Assembly: GCA_963758915.1 (NCBI GenBank)
Contig: CAVWXH010000010.1
Location: forward strand, 32,001 to 96,000
Reading direction: 5' to 3'
DNA: 64,000 nt
DNA from: an uncultured Methanomicrobiales archaeon
GTDB taxonomy: Archaea; Halobacteriota; Methanomicrobia; Methanomicrobiales; Methanospirillaceae
Under the pieces are notes generated by a model. The model was not told the DNA's origin. It made no database searches and saw nothing but the letters and a program-made list of their open reading frames with translations. Within the stretch, counting starts at the first letter, position 1. Each line of letters starts with the position of its first letter. Positions 32,040-42,517 of this stretch are shown here, one piece after another. Made by a program: the position numbers and the translations under genes.

Positions 32040-33161
32040 TTGTTTTACCATATTATCCTCACGGACAACTGCAATCTCTGCTGCAGCTATTGCCGGGGCA
32101 AATCGTTTGAGGTATACGGAGATCCGGTTGTAGACGGGATAATAATAGATCCGGACCTTCCGACCGAATTCAGCATAAGTCTCCCGGTACTCTACCATTT
32201 TTTATCGCAGGACCCCGACGCCGTCCTCACGTTTTATGGAGGTGAACCCCTGATGAGGTCTGACCTCGTCCGTGAAATCCTGCATACTGCCCCGGTAAAC
32301 CGATACATGCTCCAGACCAACGGGACGCTTCTCCATACCATGGAACCCGCCGATCTCAGGAAGTTCGAGACCATACTGGTCTCAATCGACGGGCCGGAAT
32401 GGCTGACTGATACCAACCGGGGCTCCGGGACGTACCGTCGTGTGGTCGATAACCTGAATTACGTCCGTGAAACGGGCTATCACGGGGAATTAATTGCCCG
32501 GATGACGGTAAACGAGAGGACGGACATCTACGATGCAGTTACGTTCCTTTCTGATAACAAAGACTTTTGTTTTTCGTCAGTACACTGGCAGATTGATGCG
32601 AATTTTGCGAGTGACTTTCATTCGCGGCACTTTGAGGAGTGGGTGGAACGCAGTTACAACCCGGGCATCACAAGGCTTGTCCGGACCTGGCTTGATTATA
32701 TGAACAAAGACCGGAAGGTACTGCGTTGGTACCCCTTCATTGACCCGACCGAGGACCTCCTTAAAGGCCGCCAGTCACGGCTGAGGTGCGGTGCGGGGTA
32801 TGCCAATTACAGCATTATGACCGATGGGAGTATTGCAGCCTGCCCGGTGATGGTCGGGATGAAAGATTATTACCTCGGGCATATCGATCATTCTGACCCC
32901 CTGCATCTGCCGGAACTCCCCGTGCAGGGGAGATGTGCCGAATGCGAGATCCTGCATTTTTGTGGAGGGAGATGTCTCTATTCCACAATCACAAGGCCCT
33001 GGACTGAAGAACAGAACATTGTCCTTTGCAGGACGATCAGGCACCTCCGTGAATGCCTGACGGGATCTCTCCCTGAAGTGTCAGAACTGATCAGGAACGG
33101 GATTATCAGCCCTGAGTCATTTATTCATACTAAATTCAACGGGTGCGAGATAATCCCGTAA
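32040..33161 (+). CDS. radical SAM/SPASM protein (AF0577/TIGR04084-like)
   Basis: CNLCCSYC, YGGEP, CGAG, CAEC-CGGRC, ends GCEIIP. Confidence 0.88.
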   Translation: MFYHIILTDNCNLCCSYCRGKSFEVYGDPVVDGIIIDPDLPTEFSISLPVLYHFLSQDPDAVLTFYGGEPLMRSDLVREILHTAPVNRYMLQTNGTLLHTMEPADLRKFETILVSIDGPEWLTDTNRGSGTYRRVVDNLNYVRETGYHGELIARMTVNERTDIYDAVTFLSDNKDFCFSSVHWQIDANFASDFHSRHFEEWVERSYNPGITRLVRTWLDYMNKDRKVLRWYPFIDPTEDLLKGRQSRLRCGAGYANYSIMTDGSIAACPVMVGMKDYYLGHIDHSDPLHLPELPVQGRCAECEILHFCGGRCLYSTITRPWTEEQNIVLCRTIRHLRECLTGSLPEVSELIRNGIISPESFIHTKFNGCEIIP

Positions 33162-33170
33162 CTGCGTATA

Positions 33171-34196
33171 TCATCGGTACCTGATGACCTGTGCTCCCCA
33201 TGTGAACCCTATCCCGCTGCTGGCCAGGACTACGAGATCACCGGGTCTGATCAGGGCATCATCCTGTTGCAGGCCCAGTGCAAATAAGGTGTCCCCGGAA
33301 CCGATGCTGCCAAAATCCTTCATTGTCGACCGGGTGTTTTTTTCATCCAGACCGAGTTGTGCAAGGATATCCAGTACCCGGATCTTTTTAATCTGGTTCG
33401 TCAGCAGCCATTTTATCTCGGGTGTCTGGTAACCGCTTCTATTAACTGCTTTCCTGATAACGCCGGTAAAATTGCCAAGAAAAATATCCGGGCTGATATC
33501 AGCGAGTGCCTTCGCCGGGTCGACAGAGATTCGCAATGCGGGGTTGTTGTTGTCACAACGCTCTGGTGATCGGGTACCAACACAAGGCACTTTTACATAA
33601 TCCCCACAGGTACCGTCTGTAATCCCCTCATAGGTGAGAAGTTCATTTGACGGCTCACCCCGGGTAAGGACTGCCGCCGCAGCCCCGTCCCCGATTGCGA
33701 AAAACGGGAGAGTATCCTTATTTTCGTAATTCATCACCGGGGAAAGTTTATCGCTGCAGACAACCAGGGCACATTTTTTTGACGGATCTGCCCGCAACAG
33801 GTTGTTACAGATATTGATGGCAAGAATCCCCCCATTACAGGCACCTTTCATATCAATGGTGAAAGCATTGGGGGCTTTGAGTAGATGCTGCAACCTCGAT
33901 GACGGTGACCAGAACTGGTGATCGTAACACCCTGCACCACAATATGCAATAATATCAATATCATCAGGGTCAATCTGCCCTTTTGCAACCGCAGATGATG
34001 CGGCCTGTTCAGCCATCGATACCGGGTGTTCATCCGGGCCGGCGACATGTTTTTGACCAATCCCGAATTTCCCGGTAAGTGTTGAGAGCGGTACCCCGGA
34101 AATCGCAGATATTTCTGCGCTTGTGATTACCTTTTTCGGAATATAATACCCAATCGAAGTAATGCCAACACTGGGATTGCCCTCCGGGTGTACCAT
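33171..34196 (-). CDS. 3-oxoacyl-ACP synthase III (FabH)-like thiolase-fold protein
   Basis: GACNGG, GDGAAA, GDLVVL, GIGFTWGA. Confidence 0.85.
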   Translation of the reverse strand: MVHPEGNPSVGITSIGYYIPKKVITSAEISAISGVPLSTLTGKFGIGQKHVAGPDEHPVSMAEQAASSAVAKGQIDPDDIDIIAYCGAGCYDHQFWSPSSRLQHLLKAPNAFTIDMKGACNGGILAINICNNLLRADPSKKCALVVCSDKLSPVMNYENKDTLPFFAIGDGAAAAVLTRGEPSNELLTYEGITDGTCGDYVKVPCVGTRSPERCDNNNPALRISVDPAKALADISPDIFLGNFTGVIRKAVNRSGYQTPEIKWLLTNQIKKIRVLDILAQLGLDEKNTRSTMKDFGSIGSGDTLFALGLQQDDALIRPGDLVVLASSGIGFTWGAQVIRYR

Positions 34197-34322
34197 TCTG
34201 ATCTGCCTATCTATGAAAACCCCGGAATCAGGTATAAAGGTTCCTTTTAATTTCGAAACCCGGGAATAATACCTGGATTATGGTGCAAAGATTGGCTTGT
34301 GTACTGGAACCTCATCGTTATG

Positions 34323-34369
34323 GTGAGTACTTACTCACTTTCACCCTGCACACGGCCGCACTTTATATG
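34323..34369 (+). promoter_or_regulatory. palindromic operator-like site plus TATA box
   Basis: GTGAGTA-CT-TACTCAC (34323-34338) and TTTATATG (34362-34369). Confidence 0.4.
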
Positions 34370-34735
34370 TTGAGTAATCGGATGGTTGATTGCAGAGGCG
34401 GGCTGATACCCGCAATAAAGTGCTGGTGCTTCTATCCACCTCTGTATACCCAAGAAAACCTTGATCGGAGAAATCCTGGTTACCCTATTTTAGGGTTTCT
34501 CCAATAAACCCTTTTATCTGATTTCGGAAAGACACTCTTCACTGTATTGACCGGACCGGAATACCCCGGATATTGAAGGACCTTTGCGGGATTGTGTCCT
34601 GGAGATAAACTGAGGAAAAACAGGTCTTTTCCCCAGGTGCCGTGCTGCCCGCATAGTCACTCCGGTCAACTGATGACCCGGCTGTGTGAGCACGAACTAA
34701 AACTCATATATCCCACGGGAATGATTGTAATACAG

Positions 34736-35320
34736 ATGCAGAAGAATACCATCTTCCTGGTTATTGGCATACTTATTATTGCCCTGGTTGCGGTCCTTTT
34801 ATTGGTTTTTTTTGGGGGTCCACCCCTGGAGAATTCTGCGGCGTTGAAACCGGGTGCGGCATTATCCCCGGATAATAATGGCAATGGAAACGACTGGAAC
34901 GAAGTCCCTCTCCGTGACGTTTCCACATCCCGCATGTTCAGGGTCCGGGACCTGGCAGGGAAACCCGTATTGCTGTTCAGTTTTACCACCTGGTGCTCGA
35001 TCTGCACCGCACAGCAGAATGAGATCAAACGGTTGCAGGCCGTGTCTCCCGGTTCATTTACTGCTGTCGGGATCGATATTGACCCCTATGAAAATGAAGC
35101 CCTGGTGAGAAAACACCAGTCTGACAACCAGTTTTACGGGCTGTATGCGGTTGCACCCCCGGAAATGACCAAAAAGCTGATGAATGAATTCGGCGTGGAG
35201 ATCATCTCCCCTGCGAGTGCACCGATGGTCCTTATATGCAGCAATGGAACGGTTACACGCCTTGATCGCGGGGTAAAATCAGCGGAGGTACTTGAGCAGG
35301 CGATCCGGATGCGGTGTTAA
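34736..35320 (+). CDS. membrane-anchored thioredoxin-like (TlpA/ResA-type) protein
   Basis: N-terminal TM helix, GKPVLL, WCSIC. Confidence 0.85.
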   Translation: MQKNTIFLVIGILIIALVAVLLLVFFGGPPLENSAALKPGAALSPDNNGNGNDWNEVPLRDVSTSRMFRVRDLAGKPVLLFSFTTWCSICTAQQNEIKRLQAVSPGSFTAVGIDIDPYENEALVRKHQSDNQFYGLYAVAPPEMTKKLMNEFGVEIISPASAPMVLICSNGTVTRLDRGVKSAEVLEQAIRMRC

Positions 35321-36030
35321 GTTTGGACCCGGTATCAGCCACAGCCATTTCATTTCTTGCCGGACTGTTAGCCCCCCTTGGCGCCGTGTGTGTTCTTCCC
35401 CTTTACCCGGGATATCTTGCGTGGCTGGCAAACCAGGTCGGCGAGGGAAATGACCGTATATTACTCTTCCGTTTCTCCCTTATTGTTACCGCCGGGATTA
35501 TCTTTGCATTTTTTGTTGTTGGTTTTATCTTTACCTGGCTGTTACGGTCTTCAATGAGCGAGGCTATTGGTATGATTTCCATGGTTGCCTTTGTAATTCT
35601 TGCAGGAGCGAGTATCTGCCTTATTGCGGGTATTGATCTTTCAGGGATTATTCCCTCGCTGAAAATATTGCACCCCAGAGGGCCATACAGGAATGCGTTA
35701 TTATTCGGCCTCTTTTTTGGCCTGATCATATTACCCTGCAACCCCGCCCCCGTAATCCTTCTCTTTGCGTTAAGCGTAAATGCGGCAGACGTGTTGGAAA
35801 ATATTGCAATTCTTATCGCTTTTTGCATTGGTATTGCAATTCCGGTCCTGCTGATATCACTCATCCCGGCTGCAACAAACTATCGCCTTGTGGGTTTCCT
35901 TACTACCCACCGGAGAGCGATTAATGTTTCATGTGGTCTTCTGATGCTGGTCCTCTCGCTCTATTACCTCGTCTGGGTATTTCACCTGCCGGAACTGATG
36001 GCAGCATCGATGGCAAATTTTTACCGGTAA
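35314..36030 (+). CDS. CcdA/DsbD-like membrane disulfide reductant transporter
   Basis: About 6 TM helices, CVLPLYP and LPCNP. Confidence 0.85.
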   Translation: MLSLDPVSATAISFLAGLLAPLGAVCVLPLYPGYLAWLANQVGEGNDRILLFRFSLIVTAGIIFAFFVVGFIFTWLLRSSMSEAIGMISMVAFVILAGASICLIAGIDLSGIIPSLKILHPRGPYRNALLFGLFFGLIILPCNPAPVILLFALSVNAADVLENIAILIAFCIGIAIPVLLISLIPAATNYRLVGFLTTHRRAINVSCGLLMLVLSLYYLVWVFHLPELMAASMANFYR

Positions 36031-36078
36031 ATAGTGAATATACTAATATATTTTTACGTCTTTTTTCATACGAGATGT

Positions 36079-36564
36079 ATGGCGCTTCGGTCGATTAACC
36101 TTCCCGGAATTGGCACAAAATATGAGCTTGTTACAGAAAAGGATGACACAATCGCCATTTTTTTCCTAAAAAACGGCAATATTCAGATGTACACCCTCCC
36201 CCATGACGGTCATACCCCCTGTGTGGCTGAGCTCAGCACCTCCGAAGCGAGGAGGCTTGGTACCATTATGACCGGGGCGATTATGGAAGCTGACAAGGAG
36301 AGCGTGGAGATCGCGTTTTCAGCCCTCTCTGACCTCCGGATAAGCATTCACACCTATGTTATCGGCAAGTCAATGGCCGGCAGGTGCATACAGGATCACC
36401 AGATCCGTGCCAAAACCGGTGTGACAATTATCGCCGTTTCAAGAGGTGATACAAATATTGTCAATCCACCACCTAGTTTCATGTTCCAGGAAGGCGATGC
36501 GGTCGTTGCCATTGGAGAGACCGAGCAGCTGAAGACATTCGAACGTGAGTTCATGGTGGGTTAA
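36079..36564 (+). CDS. K+/H+ antiporter regulatory subunit (KhtT/YhaT, TrkA-C)
   Basis: LPGIGTKY, TGVTIIAV, GDAVVAIG. Confidence 0.88.
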   Translation: MALRSINLPGIGTKYELVTEKDDTIAIFFLKNGNIQMYTLPHDGHTPCVAELSTSEARRLGTIMTGAIMEADKESVEIAFSALSDLRISIHTYVIGKSMAGRCIQDHQIRAKTGVTIIAVSRGDTNIVNPPPSFMFQEGDAVVAIGETEQLKTFEREFMVG

Positions 36565-37706
36565 TGGAAGGACTGGTAATCGCCCTCTTTGTCTGCCTGG
36601 TACTTCTCATCATCACGAAGTACCTCTCCTGGCCGGTGATACCCTTCTATATTATCGCGGGAATTGCGCTCGGGGTATCAGGGCTGAATCTCGTACAGGT
36701 CAGCGAGGCCTCAACGTTCTTTGCCGAGCTCGGGCTGATTTTCCTCCTGTTTTTTATGGGGCTCGAGATCAAACCGGACCGGATCCTGTCCAACCAGAAG
36801 ACCTTCTTCTCGAGCGGCCTGATCGACCTGAATATTAATATGATAATCGGGTTCCTGGCAGCCTACATCATCGGGTTCACCCTTACCGAGTCGCTTGTCA
36901 TTGCTGCAGCATTTTTCATCAGCAGTACGGCAATGACCGTTGCGTCCCTGGTGGAAAATAAGAAGCTGATGATGAGGGAATCAGAAACAATCGTCTGGAT
37001 GATGGTTTTCGAGGATATCGTACTGATTATCTTCCTCACGCTTCTGTCAACGTCGATAAACAACCCGCTTGTATTTATAGGGAAGATAGCCGTAATCCTC
37101 CTGGCTTTCTATCTTATATCGCATTTCGGAAAGAAATTAATCCAGAAGGCTATCAACCGTGACGATGAACTTCCGGTGTTCCTTACCTTTGCCGCAGTGG
37201 TCATCATTGCATTCGGGTCAAAGGCAATCGGTGTACCTGAAACCCTGATGGTAATCGCGTTCGGAACAGCACTCGCTTCAACGGACCCTGCCGCGTTTGA
37301 AGCACAGGCCCGGCCATTTAAGGATGTATTCCTGATAATATTCTTCGTCTTCTTTGGGATTACCGTGGATTTCTCAGGCGGGGTCCCAGTCATGCTGATC
37401 CTTGCCCTCAGCATCCTTGCCATCATATCCAAACTCGTTTCCGGCCTGTTAATCGGTAAAGTTGTGCACGGAAGTAAGAGGTCTGGTATTGAAATCTGGG
37501 CAAATACGATTGGAAGGGGGGAGTTCTCCATCGCACTTGCTGCATTGTACGGGTCTCCGGTAGTATCGTCGGCAATTGCGGCAATGGTAATTATCACTTC
37601 AATTGTGGGCTCGTTTTCAGCGAAATACAGTGGTCCCCTGCAGGACCTGTTTACAAGAGGCAGAAAAGGATCCCCTGATCAGGTACCTGCAGGAAACAGC
37701 GAATGA
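36564..37706 (+). CDS. CPA2 cation:proton antiporter (KhtU/YhaU-like)
   Basis: FLLFFMGLE, SSTA, FED, RGEFS; many TM helices. Confidence 0.9.
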   Translation: MEGLVIALFVCLVLLIITKYLSWPVIPFYIIAGIALGVSGLNLVQVSEASTFFAELGLIFLLFFMGLEIKPDRILSNQKTFFSSGLIDLNINMIIGFLAAYIIGFTLTESLVIAAAFFISSTAMTVASLVENKKLMMRESETIVWMMVFEDIVLIIFLTLLSTSINNPLVFIGKIAVILLAFYLISHFGKKLIQKAINRDDELPVFLTFAAVVIIAFGSKAIGVPETLMVIAFGTALASTDPAAFEAQARPFKDVFLIIFFVFFGITVDFSGGVPVMLILALSILAIISKLVSGLLIGKVVHGSKRSGIEIWANTIGRGEFSIALAALYGSPVVSSAIAAMVIITSIVGSFSAKYSGPLQDLFTRGRKGSPDQVPAGNSE

Positions 37707-37885
37707 ATTGTCTGAAATAACAAATCGCATATCGCAGGCTACACCTGCGTCAAAAAACAGTTATGCGTCCCCGGTGTTAAAAACCCGGGGAGTAGAGTGT
37801 GTACTTCCGCTGGGATGAAAAACTCCAGGAAACATCCATGCATACAAGCTTTTCATACACATCTATGTGATGAGGGCTCATTACA

Positions 37886-38289
37886 CGCTTTATTGAAAAC
37901 CTGCGTAGTAAAAAAGACGATGAAAATACGGAGACAGGAGGGGGTCCACCCCCGATAAGATATTCTTTCGGGCAGGGTTTCCCGCAGGCTCATTAAATTC
38001 AGAGTATTGGGGAATAGTCTCTATCCCAACCGGGGTCTCCAAAGCGGCGGGGCATGAGCCCCGGGAGCGTGACTAAATTTTGTGATGCCCTGATTTACGA
38101 GATAAATTTGTGAGCATTTCCAATGAAAACAGATTTGATTCACGTTTTTGACAGAAGCATACAAAATGAAAATATCGGTGAAATTTTCATATTACATGCT
38201 TGAACTGACTCCAATATGTGGAGATTTACAATGGGTATTTTCAAGGTTCGGGTGTGAACTTCACGTTCATCTGTGTTTCAAATAAAGCC
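37886..38289 (+). mobile_element. MITE-like dispersed repeat, copy 4
   Basis: Left CGCTTTATTGAAA, right TTTCAAATAAAGCC; core CAAAGCGGCGGGGCATGAGCCCCGGGAGCGTGAC identical to copy 5. Confidence 0.8.
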
Positions 38290-38320
38290 AGTAATTCCTA
38301 TGTGTTCCGAAAAAATTATT

Positions 38321-39982
38321 TCAGGGGTCGATAGGCGCCAGCTCTGATCTCACCGTGAGAAATACCGGTCCCCGGACATCGATCTTTTTCTTGTTGTCGG
38401 TAATAGCCCGCATTGCATACCCGGCCACCCTGATGTTGATATCACTTGGAAGTTTTGCCATCTTCACCTGGACGGTTTCGGGCCTCCCGCACCGGGCTGC
38501 ATCTTCTATCCGTGCGGCTGCAAGGGACGATGCAGCGTCCAGGTAACTTATCCCTGTCGGCGCACCTTCTGTTCTCACCTGCTGCCATTTTTCATTATCC
38601 GGGACCCCGAGGATCGACCCCTGGAACACGAAAATTTCATTAAAGCAGGCAGGGCCGCACAATTTAGAATTGGACTCTGGTTCTTCTACAAAAACCGTCA
38701 TCCTGTGACCCGACAGTTCCCCTTCCCATGCTTTAAATGAGCAGGGGCCCGGCTCGGCCGCATGTAATGCGGCGGTCTTCCGGACTGCAGCAGCGATCAC
38801 CTGCCCGGTAGAAGACACCGGCTGCTCGCGGTACTGTATTGCACGGGCCACCTGCCGGTCGGTGAGGACATCAGGGAAGAACTGTGGATGGGTGAGCTGC
38901 CTCACGTCATTTGAAGTATGGTGTATCATTGCGAGCCGTTCCACCCCGAGGCCCAGGTTCATTACCGGGATCTCTATACCGTATTCTGCAAGGGCTGACG
39001 GGGAGTACATGCCGAATGTCGCCACTTCGACCCAGTCATGGACCGGGTGCCTCGCGTACACTTCCGTCTGTGTGTCAGGCATGTAGTATTTCGACCTCTT
39101 TTCATCCGGCCTGAACTGGAAATCTTTATAGCCGAATGCAGACAGGAGTGCCTCACTTACTGCCTTTCCCTCTTCGTTGGTCACATCCTCCCCTGCAACA
39201 ATGCAGGAAGCAGAATGGTAACTCATCAGCCGGGTCGGCCCCTCTTCCTGTTCCCTCCTGAAACAGCGGTCCACGGAAAACTGCCTGATTGGAAGGGGTT
39301 TCCTGTCCCATATCGCCCCAAGTGTCATGAACCACCCGCTGGTCATGTGGCTACGGAGGGTGCTCCGCGATGATTCAGGTGAGAGGGCCCGGAACTCGGG
39401 AAATACCGCATCAAGGATATGGACGACGAGCGCGTCATCCACCCCGAGTACCTTTGACAGTTCATAGGTCAGTTCATCCCCGTCTATTTCAGACTTTTTG
39501 TATGCGTGAAGGGTCTCCCGTAACCGCTCTTCTGTCTCCGTTGTCATCGGCTGGTACGGTGAGTGATCTCCCGTTGTCTCGTAGTGGGCCGGGCCGTTGT
39601 GGGCAAGAGGTCCTGCGTGGCTTTTTAAGAGGTCATTGATCTCGTCGAGCTGTTTTTTCGCAATCCCCACGTTGGGCCGCGGGAGCCCCCCGAGGTAAAA
39701 AACCCTGTCAAGGACTGCCGACGCTTCGGGGCCGAACTGCCTGTACACGTCCTGCTCCTCGATGATGATCGGGTTTGCTGCCTCGTCAAAACCAATCGAG
39801 AGATAGGTCTCCCTGAGCCGGTTGATGGTCTCAAAAACCGGGTGTGCCTTAGCCCTCCTGTATTCAAGTCTCGGGTATGTTGCGTTCGGGAGCGGGGGTG
39901 TCAGGACTGACGGGCCCTCGTGCCATGCGTTCTCAAAATTTTCTTTTGACTTTTTTTTATAGGAATCAGCATCAAATCTCAT
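38321..39982 (-). CDS. sepS: O-phosphoseryl-tRNA(Cys) synthetase
   Basis: [39 protein letters not shown]. Confidence 0.97.
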   Translation of the reverse strand: MRFDADSYKKKSKENFENAWHEGPSVLTPPLPNATYPRLEYRRAKAHPVFETINRLRETYLSIGFDEAANPIIIEEQDVYRQFGPEASAVLDRVFYLGGLPRPNVGIAKKQLDEINDLLKSHAGPLAHNGPAHYETTGDHSPYQPMTTETEERLRETLHAYKKSEIDGDELTYELSKVLGVDDALVVHILDAVFPEFRALSPESSRSTLRSHMTSGWFMTLGAIWDRKPLPIRQFSVDRCFRREQEEGPTRLMSYHSASCIVAGEDVTNEEGKAVSEALLSAFGYKDFQFRPDEKRSKYYMPDTQTEVYARHPVHDWVEVATFGMYSPSALAEYGIEIPVMNLGLGVERLAMIHHTSNDVRQLTHPQFFPDVLTDRQVARAIQYREQPVSSTGQVIAAAVRKTAALHAAEPGPCSFKAWEGELSGHRMTVFVEEPESNSKLCGPACFNEIFVFQGSILGVPDNEKWQQVRTEGAPTGISYLDAASSLAAARIEDAARCGRPETVQVKMAKLPSDINIRVAGYAMRAITDNKKKIDVRGPVFLTVRSELAPIDP

Positions 39983-40872
39983 GACTCACGCTCCATACAT
40001 ACAACCCGTGAGAGGGAATTCTCATCAGCTATCCCATATCCTGAATGCTCTGCAATCTGTTCTGCAAACTGTCGGACGTGTGCATGTTCAGGCATGTTGC
40101 TTCGCTGCAATCGTTTTCTACTGTATCCAAGATACATGTATCCCTTTACCTCGATGTAATCTGCCCCCGAGTCTGCCACAAGCCGGGCGTAGCCACGGGG
40201 GTCAGTGTCGTTAATGCCCTGTACAAGGGTAATGCGGATTGCAGATCGCCGGCTGTCGAGAATCGCCAGGCTCTCCTTCAGGCTCTCCCAGCTGTCTTCC
40301 ACGGGCCTGCAGACCCTCTCATAGGTGGTCTGGTCCGGGGCGACCAGCGAGACATACATCTGGAACGGCCGGCACTGCCTGAGAACTTCCGGCCGGGTCC
40401 CGTTACTGACGAGAAATGTTGTGCAGCCCTCAGCGTTGAACATGCTGATTAATTCAGGCAGCCTGGAATAGAGGGTGGGCTCACCGGAAAGTGAAATTGC
40501 AATGTTTTTCGGTGCAAGCGCGTCTGAAAACCGTTGCTCAGTGACATACGGGGAGACTTTATACCCTGAAAGTGCCCTCTTCTGGAGTCTCTTATAGTTC
40601 CCGATGATCTCTTCCGGCGGGCACTCGGATTCCCCGGGCATTTCATGTTCGAAGGAACGCCAGCAGAAGAGGCACCGGTGATTGCATTGCAGGGTCGGGG
40701 TCATCTGCACGCAGCGATGGCTGTCAATCCCGTAAAACTGGTGCTTATAGCACATCTCCCCACCTTTCAGTGCACGCTTGCACCAGAGGCACGGCTTTAC
40801 GGCAGCAGTTGACGTTTCGGAAAAAAACTGGTAGCCCTGCTTTTTCAGGGCTTCACATGGTGCTGATTGCAT
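39979..40872 (-). CDS. taw1: 4-demethylwyosine synthase Taw1/TYW1
   Basis: [30 protein letters not shown]. Confidence 0.95.
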   Translation of the reverse strand: MQSAPCEALKKQGYQFFSETSTAAVKPCLWCKRALKGGEMCYKHQFYGIDSHRCVQMTPTLQCNHRCLFCWRSFEHEMPGESECPPEEIIGNYKRLQKRALSGYKVSPYVTEQRFSDALAPKNIAISLSGEPTLYSRLPELISMFNAEGCTTFLVSNGTRPEVLRQCRPFQMYVSLVAPDQTTYERVCRPVEDSWESLKESLAILDSRRSAIRITLVQGINDTDPRGYARLVADSGADYIEVKGYMYLGYSRKRLQRSNMPEHAHVRQFAEQIAEHSGYGIADENSLSRVVCMERES

Positions 40873-42517
40873 CGATACCAAGGGATTCCAATGATTCTCT
40901 GAGGGTGTTTTTTGCTGCCTTTACAAGGGTAAGGCGGCTTTGCCGCGTGATACCACCGCTTTTCAGGACGGGTTCATAGTGGTAGAACGCATTGAAGAGG
41001 TCAGCCAGCTCACGGGCATACGTGGCAAGGATGTGGGGTTTCAGTTCCTGCACCACTTCTTCAATCACCGCCGGAAACTTTGCGATCTGTTTTGCAAGTG
41101 CGATACCATGCGGTTCTTTCAAATCGTATGCCTCTGAAAAATCCCCTGCCTTTTCAAGGATGCTGCATGCCCGTGCGTGGGCATACTGGATGTACGGGCC
41201 GCTCTGCCGCTCGAAGTCAAGTGCCTCTTTCCAGTTGAATATGGTGCTCTTTTCAGGAGAAATTTTTACAATATCGTACCGTATTGCTGCAATTGCGACC
41301 GATACGGCAATCTTGTTCCTTGTATCTTCGTCAAGTTCGGGCCTCCTGACAGTGACTTCCTCAAATGCCCGTTTTGTTACTTCGTCCATCAGTTCGTCGG
41401 CAGAGACAAATTTCCCTGCCCTTGTGCTCATTGACCCTTCAGGGAGTGAAACGAACTCAAAATGGACAATCTCCGGGGCCTTTTCTCCAATCAGGTGCAT
41501 GGTCGCCTGGAGCTGCCCCCCGATCAACTTATGGTCTGCCCCGAGCACATCGATGACGCGGTCAAAATTTTTACCCTTCCACATATGGTAGGCAAGGTCA
41601 CGGGTTGCATACACGGAGGTCCCGTCTGTCCGTCTCAGCACGTATTCCTTTTCAAAACCGGCAGCGTTCAGGTCAAGCCAGACTTTGCCCTCCTCGTGAT
41701 ATTCAGGGAGCCGGTGGAGCCTTGAAAGGAACCTCTCGGTGTCACCGTTTCTTACAAAATCGCTCTCCCAGACAAACCGGTCATGGTGGACCTTCAGGCG
41801 GCCCAGCGTTACGTGGAAACCGTCGAGGCACCGCGTTACCGCAGAACGGAATCTTGTGACCGTCAACCTCTCGGAACGTTCAACCTGCTGCATCAGGCTG
41901 TCCACTTCAGATACAAGCCCGGGTTCGGATTCAAGTTCCCTGTTCGCAGCGATATAGATCCTCGCCACGTAGTGATCCGCCTTCTCCCCGTCATTTGCGC
42001 CGGTATCGAGGTGGTCGAACCCCCATACGACGATTGCGATCTGCCGGCCCATATCATTGACATAATACTGGACTTCAAGCCTGTACCCTGCTTTCCGGAA
42101 ACAGCGTGCGAGTGTATCGCCCAATATGGAATTCCTGATATGCCCGACATGGAGGGGGCCGTTCGGGTTTGCACTGGTGTGCTCAAGGACAACCCGTTCC
42201 CTTTTGGGAGGCAGGTTACCATATCCGGGTTTCACCGCTTCTTCGAGGGTCCTGCTTACATAGGAGGGTCCGAACAGGAAATTAATATAGGGCCCTTTCA
42301 CCGTGACCTGGATATGTTCAAACACCGGGTCGCCGCTCAGTTCCCGCGCCAGCTCTTCCGCGATTATTACGGGGCTCTGCTTCCTTTCCTTTGCAAGGGT
42401 AAATGCCAAGGTAGTGGCCAGGTCCGCGTGTTCCCCGCCATCGGTCAGCTGCACATCGCAAAGACCTGTCCTTGACTTCAACGCATTTTCAACCGTTGTA
42501 TACATTAAAAGAAACAT
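40853..42517 (-). CDS. argS: arginyl-tRNA synthetase
   Basis: HTSANPNGPLHVGH, MSTRAG, YIQYAHAR. Confidence 0.97.
   Translation of the reverse strand: MFLLMYTTVENALKSRTGLCDVQLTDGGEHADLATTLAFTLAKERKQSPVIIAEELARELSGDPVFEHIQVTVKGPYINFLFGPSYVSRTLEEAVKPGYGNLPPKRERVVLEHTSANPNGPLHVGHIRNSILGDTLARCFRKAGYRLEVQYYVNDMGRQIAIVVWGFDHLDTGANDGEKADHYVARIYIAANRELESEPGLVSEVDSLMQQVERSERLTVTRFRSAVTRCLDGFHVTLGRLKVHHDRFVWESDFVRNGDTERFLSRLHRLPEYHEEGKVWLDLNAAGFEKEYVLRRTDGTSVYATRDLAYHMWKGKNFDRVIDVLGADHKLIGGQLQATMHLIGEKAPEIVHFEFVSLPEGSMSTRAGKFVSADELMDEVTKRAFEEVTVRRPELDEDTRNKIAVSVAIAAIRYDIVKISPEKSTIFNWKEALDFERQSGPYIQYAHARACSILEKAGDFSEAYDLKEPHGIALAKQIAKFPAVIEEVVQELKPHILATYARELADLFNAFYHYEPVLKSGGITRQSRLTLVKAAKNTLRESLESLGIDAISTM

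Noticed and set aside
37768-37791. Hairpin TCCCCGG..CCGGGGA after the antiporter
   Set aside because: Single-copy short stem; at most an ordinary terminator or stability hairpin
30889-38289. Integrated element at tRNA-Gly/Val
   Set aside because: No integrase and no duplicated tRNA 3' end seen
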